Below, one piece after another: positions 53,532 to 64,000 of a stretch of DNA of 64,000 bases. The number at the start of each line of letters is the position of its first letter. The stretch's first letter is position 1. A model generated the notes under the pieces. It saw nothing but the letters and a program-made list of their open reading frames with translations, was not told where the DNA came from and searched no databases. A program made the translations under genes and the position numbers. Source of the DNA: an uncultured Verrucomicrobiae bacterium (GTDB taxonomy: Bacteria > Verrucomicrobiota > Verrucomicrobiia > Chthoniobacterales > JAFAMB01); assembly GCA_963750185.1 (NCBI GenBank), contig CAVVPV010000004.1, forward strand, positions 137,584 to 201,583, read 5' to 3'.

Positions 53532-54642
53532 TGTCGAAAGAGAGTAGATACTTCGTGAAAAATTCGGCGCCACGCTCGAGTTCTGCGATCTCGATGTATT
53601 CGTCCGCAGTATGCGCCTGTGCGATCGATCCGGGTCCGATCGCGATGGACGGTGTGCCTTCGAGCGCGAAAAACGCGGCGTCGCAATACCAATCAGCGCC
53701 TTTGAGATCCGATCCGAGTTCCGTGAACCTCTTGATAAAGGGATTATCGGGCGACGTGTACAGAGGCGCCGAGACCTTGATCGGCGTCACGGTTGCCGGA
53801 ACCTGACGATTCCGCAAAAACTCGGCAATGGCGCCGACTATCGATTCCTGGCCCGGAACTGTTCGGATGTCGACTTCGGCCGAGCATCTGTCTGGAACAA
53901 CGTTGATTTTCGAACCGCCACTAATCCGTCCGATGCTGATTGTCGGTTTGCGAAGCAGCGGAGGGGGTTGCACCGCGCAAATCTCCGGAAAGTGTTCCCT
54001 TAGAAGCTGCAGTGTGTCCGTCATTCGATCAATCGCGTTGATGCCGGCTTCCGGGATTGAGGCGTGGGCCGATTTTCCTTGGGTCTCAATCTTAAGCCAG
54101 GCAGTCCCTTTATGCGTATGGACAACATTAAGGTCGGTCGGCTCGCCCGCGACCACGAAATCGGCCATTTTGCGAACAGCACAAGCCTTGGCACCGAGCT
54201 GTTCGAACTCCTCGTCGGCAAGCCCTGCAAATCCGACAGCAACGCTTAGAGTCGAAAGATCGACAGACTTCAATGCCCAGAGCATCGCCGCCATCGTTCC
54301 TTTCGTGTCGGAACTTCCCCGGCCGTAGAGGCGCCCATCCTTGCAATTCCCAAGAAACGGATCAATCGTCATGCCTTCGACCGTTACGGTATCGAGGTGC
54401 GGCGCGAATAGGATCCGCTGCGTCGCTCCCGCCGGAGCGGGCCAGAGCCCATAGACATTCGGTCGATCTGAATCGATTTCTTCGTACTCAATATGTGCTC
54501 CGATCCCCTCGAGGAAAGCGCCCACAAACCGGGCGATGGCCTCTTCGCCGTGGCTGGCTGTTGAACCGGGAGGATTCTCGCTCGGGATCTGAACCAGTGC
54601 CTGGCATAGTTCAACAACGTTGCGAAATGAAGAGGCGCTCAT
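53512..54642 (-). CDS. M20 family metallopeptidase (ArgE/DapE-like)
   Basis: HLDTV, GRGSSDTKG, DEE, GEPT, GKSAHAS, AHTADE. Confidence 0.9.
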   Translation of the reverse strand: MSASSFRNVVELCQALVQIPSENPPGSTASHGEEAIARFVGAFLEGIGAHIEYEEIDSDRPNVYGLWPAPAGATQRILFAPHLDTVTVEGMTIDPFLGNCKDGRLYGRGSSDTKGTMAAMLWALKSVDLSTLSVAVGFAGLADEEFEQLGAKACAVRKMADFVVAGEPTDLNVVHTHKGTAWLKIETQGKSAHASIPEAGINAIDRMTDTLQLLREHFPEICAVQPPPLLRKPTISIGRISGGSKINVVPDRCSAEVDIRTVPGQESIVGAIAEFLRNRQVPATVTPIKVSAPLYTSPDNPFIKRFTELGSDLKGADWYCDAAFFALEGTPSIAIGPGSIAQAHTADEYIEIAELERGAEFFTKYLLSFDNGRLKA

Positions 54643-55589
54643 GAGAGTTGATTTTGAAGATACCACGCGACAAATCGCCGTACACCGGTCCGTATCCCGG
54701 TCTTGGGTGCGTAGTTCAAGAGGTTTTGCGCTTTCGAGATATCCGCGTGTGTTGCCGGCATATCGCCTGGGACCGGCGGCAGGATGTTGATCGTTGCTTT
54801 TTTTCCGAGCGCATTTTCAATTTCGCTGATCACATCCCGGAGTTCGATCGTTTGATTTTCTCCGAGATTAAAGATATCGAATTGTGCTGCGTTGTAACTG
54901 ATCGACGCAATCACCCCCTGAATGATGTCATCGACATAGGTGAAGTCCCGGCGTGCGCTTCCGTCGCCGTAGACATCGATCGGTTTCCCTTGGTGTATGA
55001 GGTTCGTGAACTTATGAATCGCGAGGTCTGGTCGTTGCCGGGGCCCGTATGCCGTGAAGAAGCGGAGGCAAACCACACCAATATTATAGAGATACGAATA
55101 GCAGGAGCAGAGCTGTTCGCCGGCCAGCTTTGTGGAAGCATAGGGACTTAATGTCTGCGTCAAAACCTGGTCCTCGCGGAAAGGAGTCATGGCGGATGCT
55201 CCGTAAACTGACGAACTCGATGCAAAGACAAATCGGCGGACACCGCACTGTCGAGCGGCTTCGAGCAAATGGAAAGTTCCGTTAATATTGGTTGCAATGT
55301 AGAGGTCCGGCTGCTGGACGGATGGACGAACTCCGGCTCGAGCGGCGAGGTGAACCACTGCCTCCGGGCGTTCTTCGTCGAGTGCGCCGATCACTGCCTC
55401 TCGATTTCGGATATCGATTTTGTGAAGGCGAATCCGCGAACAAACTGCCTCCAGGTTCTTCGATTTAATCCGAGGATCGTAAAAGTCGTTGAAATCATCG
55501 ATGACAGAAACTGAGTGGCCGTTGGCCAACAGGGCCTCCACGAGATGGGAACCGATAAACCCCGCACCCCCTGTTACCAAGACATTCAT
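54639..55589 (-). CDS. NAD-dependent nucleotide-sugar epimerase (UDP-glucuronate 4-epimerase-like)
   Basis: TGGAGFIG, HLAARAGVRPS, YASTK, YGPRQRPDLA. Confidence 0.9.
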   Translation of the reverse strand: MNVLVTGGAGFIGSHLVEALLANGHSVSVIDDFNDFYDPRIKSKNLEAVCSRIRLHKIDIRNREAVIGALDEERPEAVVHLAARAGVRPSVQQPDLYIATNINGTFHLLEAARQCGVRRFVFASSSSVYGASAMTPFREDQVLTQTLSPYASTKLAGEQLCSCYSYLYNIGVVCLRFFTAYGPRQRPDLAIHKFTNLIHQGKPIDVYGDGSARRDFTYVDDIIQGVIASISYNAAQFDIFNLGENQTIELRDVISEIENALGKKATINILPPVPGDMPATHADISKAQNLLNYAPKTGIRTGVRRFVAWYLQNQLS

Positions 55590-55664
55590 AGGTGAAATGG
55601 CTCGAACCTGGGAGGAAATGCCGAAGAGCGCAAGGAGTATGTTTTGAAACGGGGGGATGGGTAG

Positions 55665-56263
<599 letters not shown>

Positions 56264-57531
56264 CAGGTCTCGGTACGGCCCGCCGATTGAGCGGCCAGTC
56301 GTAAAGCGTCTGCCACTCGATTGACGACTTGGCGGGTGCGCGAGTCGAGTACTTTGCCTCCGCTGATTTTGTTGCCCGGACAGAGGCCGAGCCAGGAGCA
56401 GAAGGCTTTAGCACTGCGCCATTTGCTCATATCGATGCCAATCTCGGAGACGATGAGCAGCACACTGAGCACATTAAGTCCCACCACCTGAGTCAGATCA
56501 ATTCCGCAGATGCGTTCTAATAGGCCCGCCAGTTCGATCTTAGGTTCATTGGCTATCGGTTTGTGCTTTCTCTTTGCTTTGTTAAGCGGACTACTGGCAC
56601 TAGTGCCGGTCTTGGGCTCATTGGGCGGCACAGGGAGCGTCTCCTCCTGCTGTGCACCTTTAAACGGTTTCAGTTGGGCCGAGGCGGCTTCGACCTGTTG
56701 AGCCAGTTTTTCCAAGAGCGGTTCTATTTGACGGTCGCACTCTTCGATGCGCGCTTGGTGGAAGCGATAGGCTTGCAAGCTTTGGCTTAAGACGAAGAGG
56801 TGTTCGGCTCGATAATCGCCCACCAAGGCCGCTTGCATCTGTTGAGGGGTGCTCTTGGAGACTCGCTTGTCACGCAATTTAGCCAACTCCTGGGGATCCC
56901 GTTGACCGGACAGGATCGCATCGATGATGCGCAAACCAGTTAGCCCGGTAATATCGCTGACTACGTGATGAAGATGCAGGTTCATCTGCTGGAGCGCTTT
57001 TTGCATGTGTTGAATCTCCGAGGCGCTTGAACACACCAGATTATCGCGATGACGATGCAGACTCCTCAGTCGGCAAGTAATGTCCTCGGGCCGGAAAGAA
57101 GCATTCAACAAGCCGAAGCGATGCAGTTGGCGCAGCCACTGGCTGTCCTTCACATCGGTCTTGCGCCCCGGCACACAGCGCACATGACGTGCGTTCACCA
57201 AATACACTTCGATGCCGGCTGCTTCCAGCTTCTGGTGCAAGGGGATCCAGTAGACTCCTGTTGACTCCATGGCCACCGTGGTGACCCGGCACTCTTTCAA
57301 CCAGTCGACCGCAGCGTCCAATCCTTCAGTAAACGCACTAAAGCAACGCACCGTGGGTTGGCCCGCGCTCACTCTATCCACCGGCACTGCGACATAGTGC
57401 TCTTGGGCTCCGCAATCAATCCCGGCGGCGTCCGGCCTCAAGATTTCCAGCCTCTGCTCGGCCTCCTTAGATGTCACTGAAATACTCCTGATGCCTGCTT
57501 GGAGTTTAGCTTTGCTGCGATTGGTTTTCAT
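56264..57531 (-). pseudogene. IS110-family DEDD recombinase, C-terminally truncated; frame runs on into the repeat to a stop at 55882
   Basis: AGIDC, AMESTG and KTDVKD (DEDD); SWLGLCP...ISGG (Tnp domain serine); ends at AAQSAGRTET before the usual final helices. Confidence 0.85.
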
Positions 57532-57772
57532 GATTGGATACCCTGGTTTAAAGTAGATAGAAGTCCCGGTCCGGCCTTTGGGCGTCCGACTCAATCAATC
57601 TTCCAAACGGGATAGCTCCGGGGATCGGACCCGGGACTTCGCCAATGCCTTCACCGCAATACCAAAGGAATCAGGCTTCTCTACGGGCTTTAAAGCACCA
57701 TTGTCTTTTCGATTTTGACTTCCGCCGGGAACTCCTATCACCGACGCGACTAAGCCATAAAGCGCTCAAGAT
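57532..57772 (-). ncRNA. Putative IS110 bridge-RNA-encoding non-coding end
   Basis: Lies upstream of the IS110 recombinase; stem GAAGTCCCGG(G)TCCG / CGGACCGGGACTTC between ~57560 and 57640; bridge RNAs are known from IS110 non-coding ends; boundaries not determinable. Confidence 0.5.
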
Positions 57773-57820
<48 letters not shown>

Positions 57821-57878
57821 TGCCTAATAAGCACTTCCTCAGTTGACATCCAGTGGATTTGGAACGGTATATACCCTG

Positions 57879-58130
57879 ATGCCTGAAGCGAAGAAGGGAG
57901 TCGCAAGAATTCCGGTGCCGCCGCGGAATCATCCCAAGCCGGAAGTCCCGATCGGCGCCGACGCCGCTGGTGCGGTTGAGCATCCCGAGCGGTCCGCCGG
58001 AAGCGCGCAGATCATGATGTTGGGCGGAGCCCAGGGAACGCGGGATCCGTGGACGGTTCCGCTGATCGGCTTGTTATTGGCTTTTTCGGTGATTTCGCTT
58101 ATTTTGCAGATGCTGATTGCATTCAGTTGA
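57879..58130 (+). CDS. Small hypothetical protein with a C-terminal TM helix
   Basis: Pro-rich N-terminus and hydrophobic C-terminus, co-oriented with trxA. Confidence 0.55.
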   Translation: MPEAKKGVARIPVPPRNHPKPEVPIGADAAGAVEHPERSAGSAQIMMLGGAQGTRDPWTVPLIGLLLAFSVISLILQMLIAFS

Positions 58131-58175
58131 CTCGTGAGGAGCCGGCTGAAAGCGCAGCGGAAATACTCAATTTTT

Positions 58176-58505
58176 ATGGCTACGGAATCAGTTACTCATT
58201 TAGACGAGACTACCTTTGACCAAACCGTAAGCGCCACGAATGTCCCGATTCTGGTAGATTTCTGGGCGACTTGGTGTGGCCCTTGCCGCATGATTGCGCC
58301 GGTCCTGGACGAAATTGCAAAAGAGCAGGGGACTGCTGTTCGCATTACGAAGGTGGACGTCGACAATAATCCAACCCTTTCAAACCGTTTTGGAATTCGC
58401 AATATACCGACGATGTTGTTTTTCAAAGCGGGTGAGGTAAAAGACCAGGTCGTCGGCCTGACGAGCAAAGCGGACCTTATTTCGCGTCTGAACGCTCTAA
58501 AATAA
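58176..58505 (+). CDS. trxA: Thioredoxin
   Basis: DFWATWCGPC, IPT. Confidence 0.95.
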   Translation: MATESVTHLDETTFDQTVSATNVPILVDFWATWCGPCRMIAPVLDEIAKEQGTAVRITKVDVDNNPTLSNRFGIRNIPTMLFFKAGEVKDQVVGLTSKADLISRLNALK

Positions 58506-58572
58506 TTAACAAAGTTGCATTCCCGACAGGTTTCTCGTGAAACAAACCGGGTAGTGCGATAGGCTTTAAATC

Positions 58573-60235
<1,663 letters not shown>

Positions 60236-60263
60236 TCTCCTTCTCAGGCCAAAAAGTTTGAAA

Positions 60264-60968
60264 ATGTCCACGAGCGTTCCGAGACATGTTGCAGTGATCA
60301 TGGACGGAAATGGCCGATGGGCCCGCCAGCGTGGTTGGCCACGGACCAGGGGGCACCTCGAAGGCGCAAACGCCGCGAAGGAGTGTGTTGAATCGTGTTT
60401 GGAGCTCGGTATCGAGTATCTGACTCTGTACACGTTCTCGACAGAAAATTGGCGTCGGCCGAAAGAGGAAGTCGAGACCTTGATGGGACTCTTGCAGAAG
60501 TTTTTGAAGGATTACACCGACGATTTGCGGAAACGGAGCGTGCGACTGCAGGCAATCGGGCGCCTGAACGAAATGCCGGCGCCAGTTCAGAAGCAGGTCC
60601 GCGAATCCATAGCAGCGACTGCCGATGGCAAGCGACTCACGACGATCCTTGCGTTGAACTACAGCGGTCGCGCCGAGATAGTTGACGCCGTTAAGAGAAT
60701 TGTCGAACAAGTCGTGGCCGGAAAGCTCCAGATCGACCAGATAAGTCCGGAAATCTTTTCCGAATGTCTATACACAAGCCAGTGGCCTGACCCGGATCTG
60801 TTTATTCGAACGTCCGGCGAGATGCGAATCTCGAATTTTTTGCTCTGGCAATTGAGTTACACAGAGATATACGTCACCCAAAAGCTGTGGCCTGACTTTC
60901 GAGGGAAAGACCTCGTCGAAGCAGTCGAAGAATACGGCAGGCGGAACAGGCGCTACGGAGGCGTTTAA
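60264..60968 (+). CDS. uppS: Isoprenyl transferase (undecaprenyl diphosphate synthase)
   Basis: IMDGNGRWA, FSTENW.RP, IRTSGEMRISNFLLWQ, RRYGG. Confidence 0.96.
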   Translation: MSTSVPRHVAVIMDGNGRWARQRGWPRTRGHLEGANAAKECVESCLELGIEYLTLYTFSTENWRRPKEEVETLMGLLQKFLKDYTDDLRKRSVRLQAIGRLNEMPAPVQKQVRESIAATADGKRLTTILALNYSGRAEIVDAVKRIVEQVVAGKLQIDQISPEIFSECLYTSQWPDPDLFIRTSGEMRISNFLLWQLSYTEIYVTQKLWPDFRGKDLVEAVEEYGRRNRRYGGV

Positions 60969-61169
60969 CCCGTTCGGGGACAAGGCACCAAGTTGTTTAC
61001 AAATTGTCTTTTTCTGCGCATCTCTGGTGGACCGGTAAGTAAAAGGACTTTATGCTCGCTGCTCAAAAGTGAGCATGTCGCTTGCGCATTCAGGGACGTG
61101 CGCAAAGTATTGGTTTTAACCACGGGATCCGTCGGAGCGGATTCTGATACGCCGCCGGGCCAGATATTA

Positions 61170-62618
61170 ATGCAGACAATTTTGTTAGTTGATCCTGAAA
61201 CAGACTTTCTCGAGTGGGCGCAAAATCAGCTTGAGACACCGACCACACGCGTCGTGACCTCCACGACCGCAGACGAAGCCTATAAGATCTATATAGCGGA
61301 GAATCCAGACTTACTCGTTTCCGAAACGCATTTGATGCCGTTCAGCGGCTTGGAGCTCCTGGCCCGGGTCCGACAACGAGATTCGAATGCGATCGTCATT
61401 TTGATGAGCGCATTCGGAACGACGCAATCGGTCATTGAATCGATGAAGCTCGGCGCTTTCGATTACCTTCGGAAGGAGTCGCTTCCTTTCAATTTGAAGC
61501 CGGTTGTGGACGCGGCATTAAACGCCCAGGCCGAGATGCGCTCGGCGACTGCGTTCAAACCGCAGCTTACAGTTGAGCAATACCAGGACAGTCTGGTCGG
61601 CCAATCCCAGCCGATGCAACAAGTCTTTAAGATGGTGGGCCGTGTCTCCCATAGCGACGCACCGGTCATGATTACTGGCGAAAGCGGTTCGGGCAAAGAG
61701 CTCGTCGCAAGGGCGATCCATCACTACAGCAGCCGAAGCGCCCAACCGTTCATCGCGATCAATTGCGCCGCGATCCCTGAAAATCTCCTCGAGAGCGAAT
61801 TGTTCGGTCACGAGAAAGGGGCGTTTACGGGAGCTGCAGCGCAGAGGATAGGCCGATTCGAGCAGAGCAATGGCGGGACCCTTTTTCTAGACGAGATCGG
61901 CGACATGCCGCTGGGGGTGCAAAGCAAGATTTTGCGCGTCCTGCAAGAGGGGGAGTTTTCCCGCGTTGGCGGAAACTCGACCGTTAAAACCGATGTTCGA
62001 ATCATCGCGGCCACCAATAAGACGCTCGAGCAGGAAGTGGCCAAGAAGCAGTTTCGCGAAGACCTTTTTTATCGGTTGAACGTCGTCAGAATCCATCTGC
62101 CGCCGCTTCGGCAGCGAAGAGAGGATATCAACCTTCTGGCAGAATATTTTCTGAAAAAGATCGCGACGCAGAAGCACCTGCCCCAGCTCAAGCTTTCGGA
62201 AGAAGCCGTAAAGCTCATGGAAGAATATCCGTGGCCGGGCAACGTTCGTGAACTCGAAAACACGATTCAGCGAGCGTGCGTTCTTGCAACGAGTGACGTG
62301 TTGCTTCCGAAAGATATTCCGCTCGGCGCGGCCGGCCAGCGAGCCGACGGGGACACCGAGGCTGTGCCGATGGTCGCAAGCAACAACAGGCCGGTGAAAC
62401 CGACGCTCGAAACAGCGGTCGAAATTCTTCTGGACGCAGCGTCGACCGATCGATCGCTCCAGTTGCTTCCGTGGCTTGAGCGGGAGTTTACGCTTTTCGC
62501 GATGAAGCGGACCAAAGGAAATCAAGTGAAAGCGGCGAAACTGCTCGGCGTCACGCGAGCGACATTGCGGAAGCGGATTGAACGTTACGGAATAACCAGA
62601 GAGTTAAATTTTCAGTAA
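61170..62618 (+). CDS. Sigma54-dependent NtrC-family activator with an atypical receiver
   Basis: GESGSGKE, GAFTGA, LFLDE, WPGNVREL, Fis HTH; receiver has Glu at the phospho-acceptor position (DLLVSE). Confidence 0.92.
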   Translation: MQTILLVDPETDFLEWAQNQLETPTTRVVTSTTADEAYKIYIAENPDLLVSETHLMPFSGLELLARVRQRDSNAIVILMSAFGTTQSVIESMKLGAFDYLRKESLPFNLKPVVDAALNAQAEMRSATAFKPQLTVEQYQDSLVGQSQPMQQVFKMVGRVSHSDAPVMITGESGSGKELVARAIHHYSSRSAQPFIAINCAAIPENLLESELFGHEKGAFTGAAAQRIGRFEQSNGGTLFLDEIGDMPLGVQSKILRVLQEGEFSRVGGNSTVKTDVRIIAATNKTLEQEVAKKQFREDLFYRLNVVRIHLPPLRQRREDINLLAEYFLKKIATQKHLPQLKLSEEAVKLMEEYPWPGNVRELENTIQRACVLATSDVLLPKDIPLGAAGQRADGDTEAVPMVASNNRPVKPTLETAVEILLDAASTDRSLQLLPWLEREFTLFAMKRTKGNQVKAAKLLGVTRATLRKRIERYGITRELNFQ

Positions 62619-62659
62619 ATCCGGGTCCGCTCTTGGCTTTGTCGCAAAAGCGCGCGGCG

Positions 62660-64000
62660 ATGTCAGAAAAACTGGCAGAAATAGTCGATTCAATTCGGAG
62701 GTTCCCGCAGCTCCTCAAATTGCTTGAACGGAAAGGGGGCGCGTGTCTCGAGCATGTGTGCGAAGGCGCCCAGGCGTTCGCGGCTGCGTGCGTTGTGCGC
62801 CACCACGAATCGCGGTCCTGCTGGGTGCTTTGCGCAGACAGCCGGCGGCAGGAGGAGATATTTAACGGACTTGTCAACTGGCAGGTCGAGGCGCTTTTTT
62901 TTCCGGAAATTGAATTGCCCGCTGTGGAGGAGGCGATCCAGGACCCCGAAATCACCGCCGAACGCCTGGAAGTGCTGCAAAAGGTCGCCGAAGGGAAACG
63001 GACGGTTATCGTTCTCACTGAATCCTCGCTTCACGACAAGGTGCCCCGCGCGCTATCGCTCCGAAAACAGACATTGACGCTGAAGCGCAATGATCGCCTC
63101 GATCGCGACGGTTTCTGCGAAAAACTGATCGGGACCGGCTATACAAAGATACCACAGGTCACAGCGCGAGGGCAGTTCGCGGTGCGTGGCGGGGTACTCG
63201 ACATCTTTTCCTGGCACCATTCATTACCGGTTCGAATCGAGCTATTTGGCGATCAAATCGACTCGATCCGAGAGTTCGAACTCGATGATCAGACATCCAT
63301 TCAGACGCTGGACCGGTGCGAAGTCCTCGTTGGGGATACCGAGAGCTTCTCGGTCGATCTCAGCGATTACCTTAGAAAAGGGGATATCTCAATCGGCGTC
63401 GACTGCGGGGCTAAGAACGCGCAGATTCGGATCACGGCGGGCGCGACCGGTGACCAGGCAATCGAAGATTATCGTACGGCCTTTTTTGAGACCGGTTTTC
63501 AGGATTTTGAAGCCGGCGATTTTCTGGTCGAAGAAAGCAAGCGGGAGCTGGCCCTAAGACAAGTCCGATCCTGGATAAACGAGCATTGGCGGGTTGTCGC
63601 AGTCTGCCACAACGAAGGAGAGGTTGAGCGTTTACGCGATGTGCTAGGCGACAATAACGTCGATATTGATCTTGTACAGTTTCTTGTCGGATCGCTGAAC
63701 CGCGGATTCGTCTTTCCCGAAGGAAAGCTTGCGATTCTCTGTGACGCCGAAATCTTTGGCCGGTACCAGGCCCCAAGTGCTCGCCGGCTTGCGCTTCGAA
63801 GATCACGGCTCCGTGGAGGCCGCGCTCCAATCGATTTTTCGGAAATCGCCGAAGGGGATCTCGTGGTGCATCTGGAGCACGGGATCGCTCGGTACCGCGG
63901 GATTCAAAAACTTCAACACAATGATTCTGAACAGGATGTCGTCGTTTTGGAGTTCGAGAACGAGGCCCGGCTCTACGTTCCTTTCGAACAGGCTTTCTTA
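62660..64000 (+). CDS. mfd: Transcription-repair coupling factor, 5' part (runs off the window)
   Basis: GQFAVRGGVLDIF...RIELFGDQIDSIREF (UvrB-homology region) and EGDLVVHLEHGIARYRG (CarD/RID); absent from the ORF track because there is no stop inside the window. Confidence 0.92.
   Translation, partial: MSEKLAEIVDSIRRFPQLLKLLERKGGACLEHVCEGAQAFAAACVVRHHESRSCWVLCADSRRQEEIFNGLVNWQVEALFFPEIELPAVEEAIQDPEITAERLEVLQKVAEGKRTVIVLTESSLHDKVPRALSLRKQTLTLKRNDRLDRDGFCEKLIGTGYTKIPQVTARGQFAVRGGVLDIFSWHHSLPVRIELFGDQIDSIREFELDDQTSIQTLDRCEVLVGDTESFSVDLSDYLRKGDISIGVDCGAKNAQIRITAGATGDQAIEDYRTAFFETGFQDFEAGDFLVEESKRELALRQVRSWINEHWRVVAVCHNEGEVERLRDVLGDNNVDIDLVQFLVGSLNRGFVFPEGKLAILCDAEIFGRYQAPSARRLALRRSRLRGGRAPIDFSEIAEGDLVVHLEHGIARYRGIQKLQHNDSEQDVVVLEFENEARLYVPFEQAFL

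Larger units (their letters stand above)
56264..57772 (-). mobile_element. IS110-family element embedded in a GACTCCT array; right end missing
   Basis: Transposase plus ~240 nt structured upstream non-coding region; GACTCCT repeats on both sides in the same orientation. Confidence 0.8.

Overview
A ~64 kb bacterial window. By gene style and repeat families it is probably a soil Verrucomicrobiota (Chthoniobacterales-like) genome; that assignment is inference. Bases 1-51.5 kb form an accessory, heavily eroded region: sugar uptake/catabolism genes, RND efflux, a two-component system, transporters, a TIR-TPR protein, IS630, an ISAzo13-type element inside a subtilase, REP-like repeats, and at least eight genes with clean internal deletions. 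Bases 52-64 kb are intact core genes (proS, M20 peptidase, epimerase, trxA, tatA, purA, uppS, an NtrC-like activator, mfd). Three things stand out. (1) An intact, translationally coupled three-gene operon at 953-5465 encodes a wHTH-like protein, a large P-loop ATPase and a RecB-type PD-(D/E)XK nuclease fused to a membrane-less FtsK motor; it is a candidate undescribed defence or DNA-processing system. (2) Two inverted copies of a fold-back element have (AGGAGTC)n/(GACTCCT)n arms, and their core holds a 120-nt group II intron maturase-like fragment between two REP-like direct repeats. (3) An IS110 element sits inside the same heptamer array, and its upstream non-coding (bridge-RNA-like) region carries a near copy of the repeat. 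All products were assigned by recognising motifs by eye; no searches were run.
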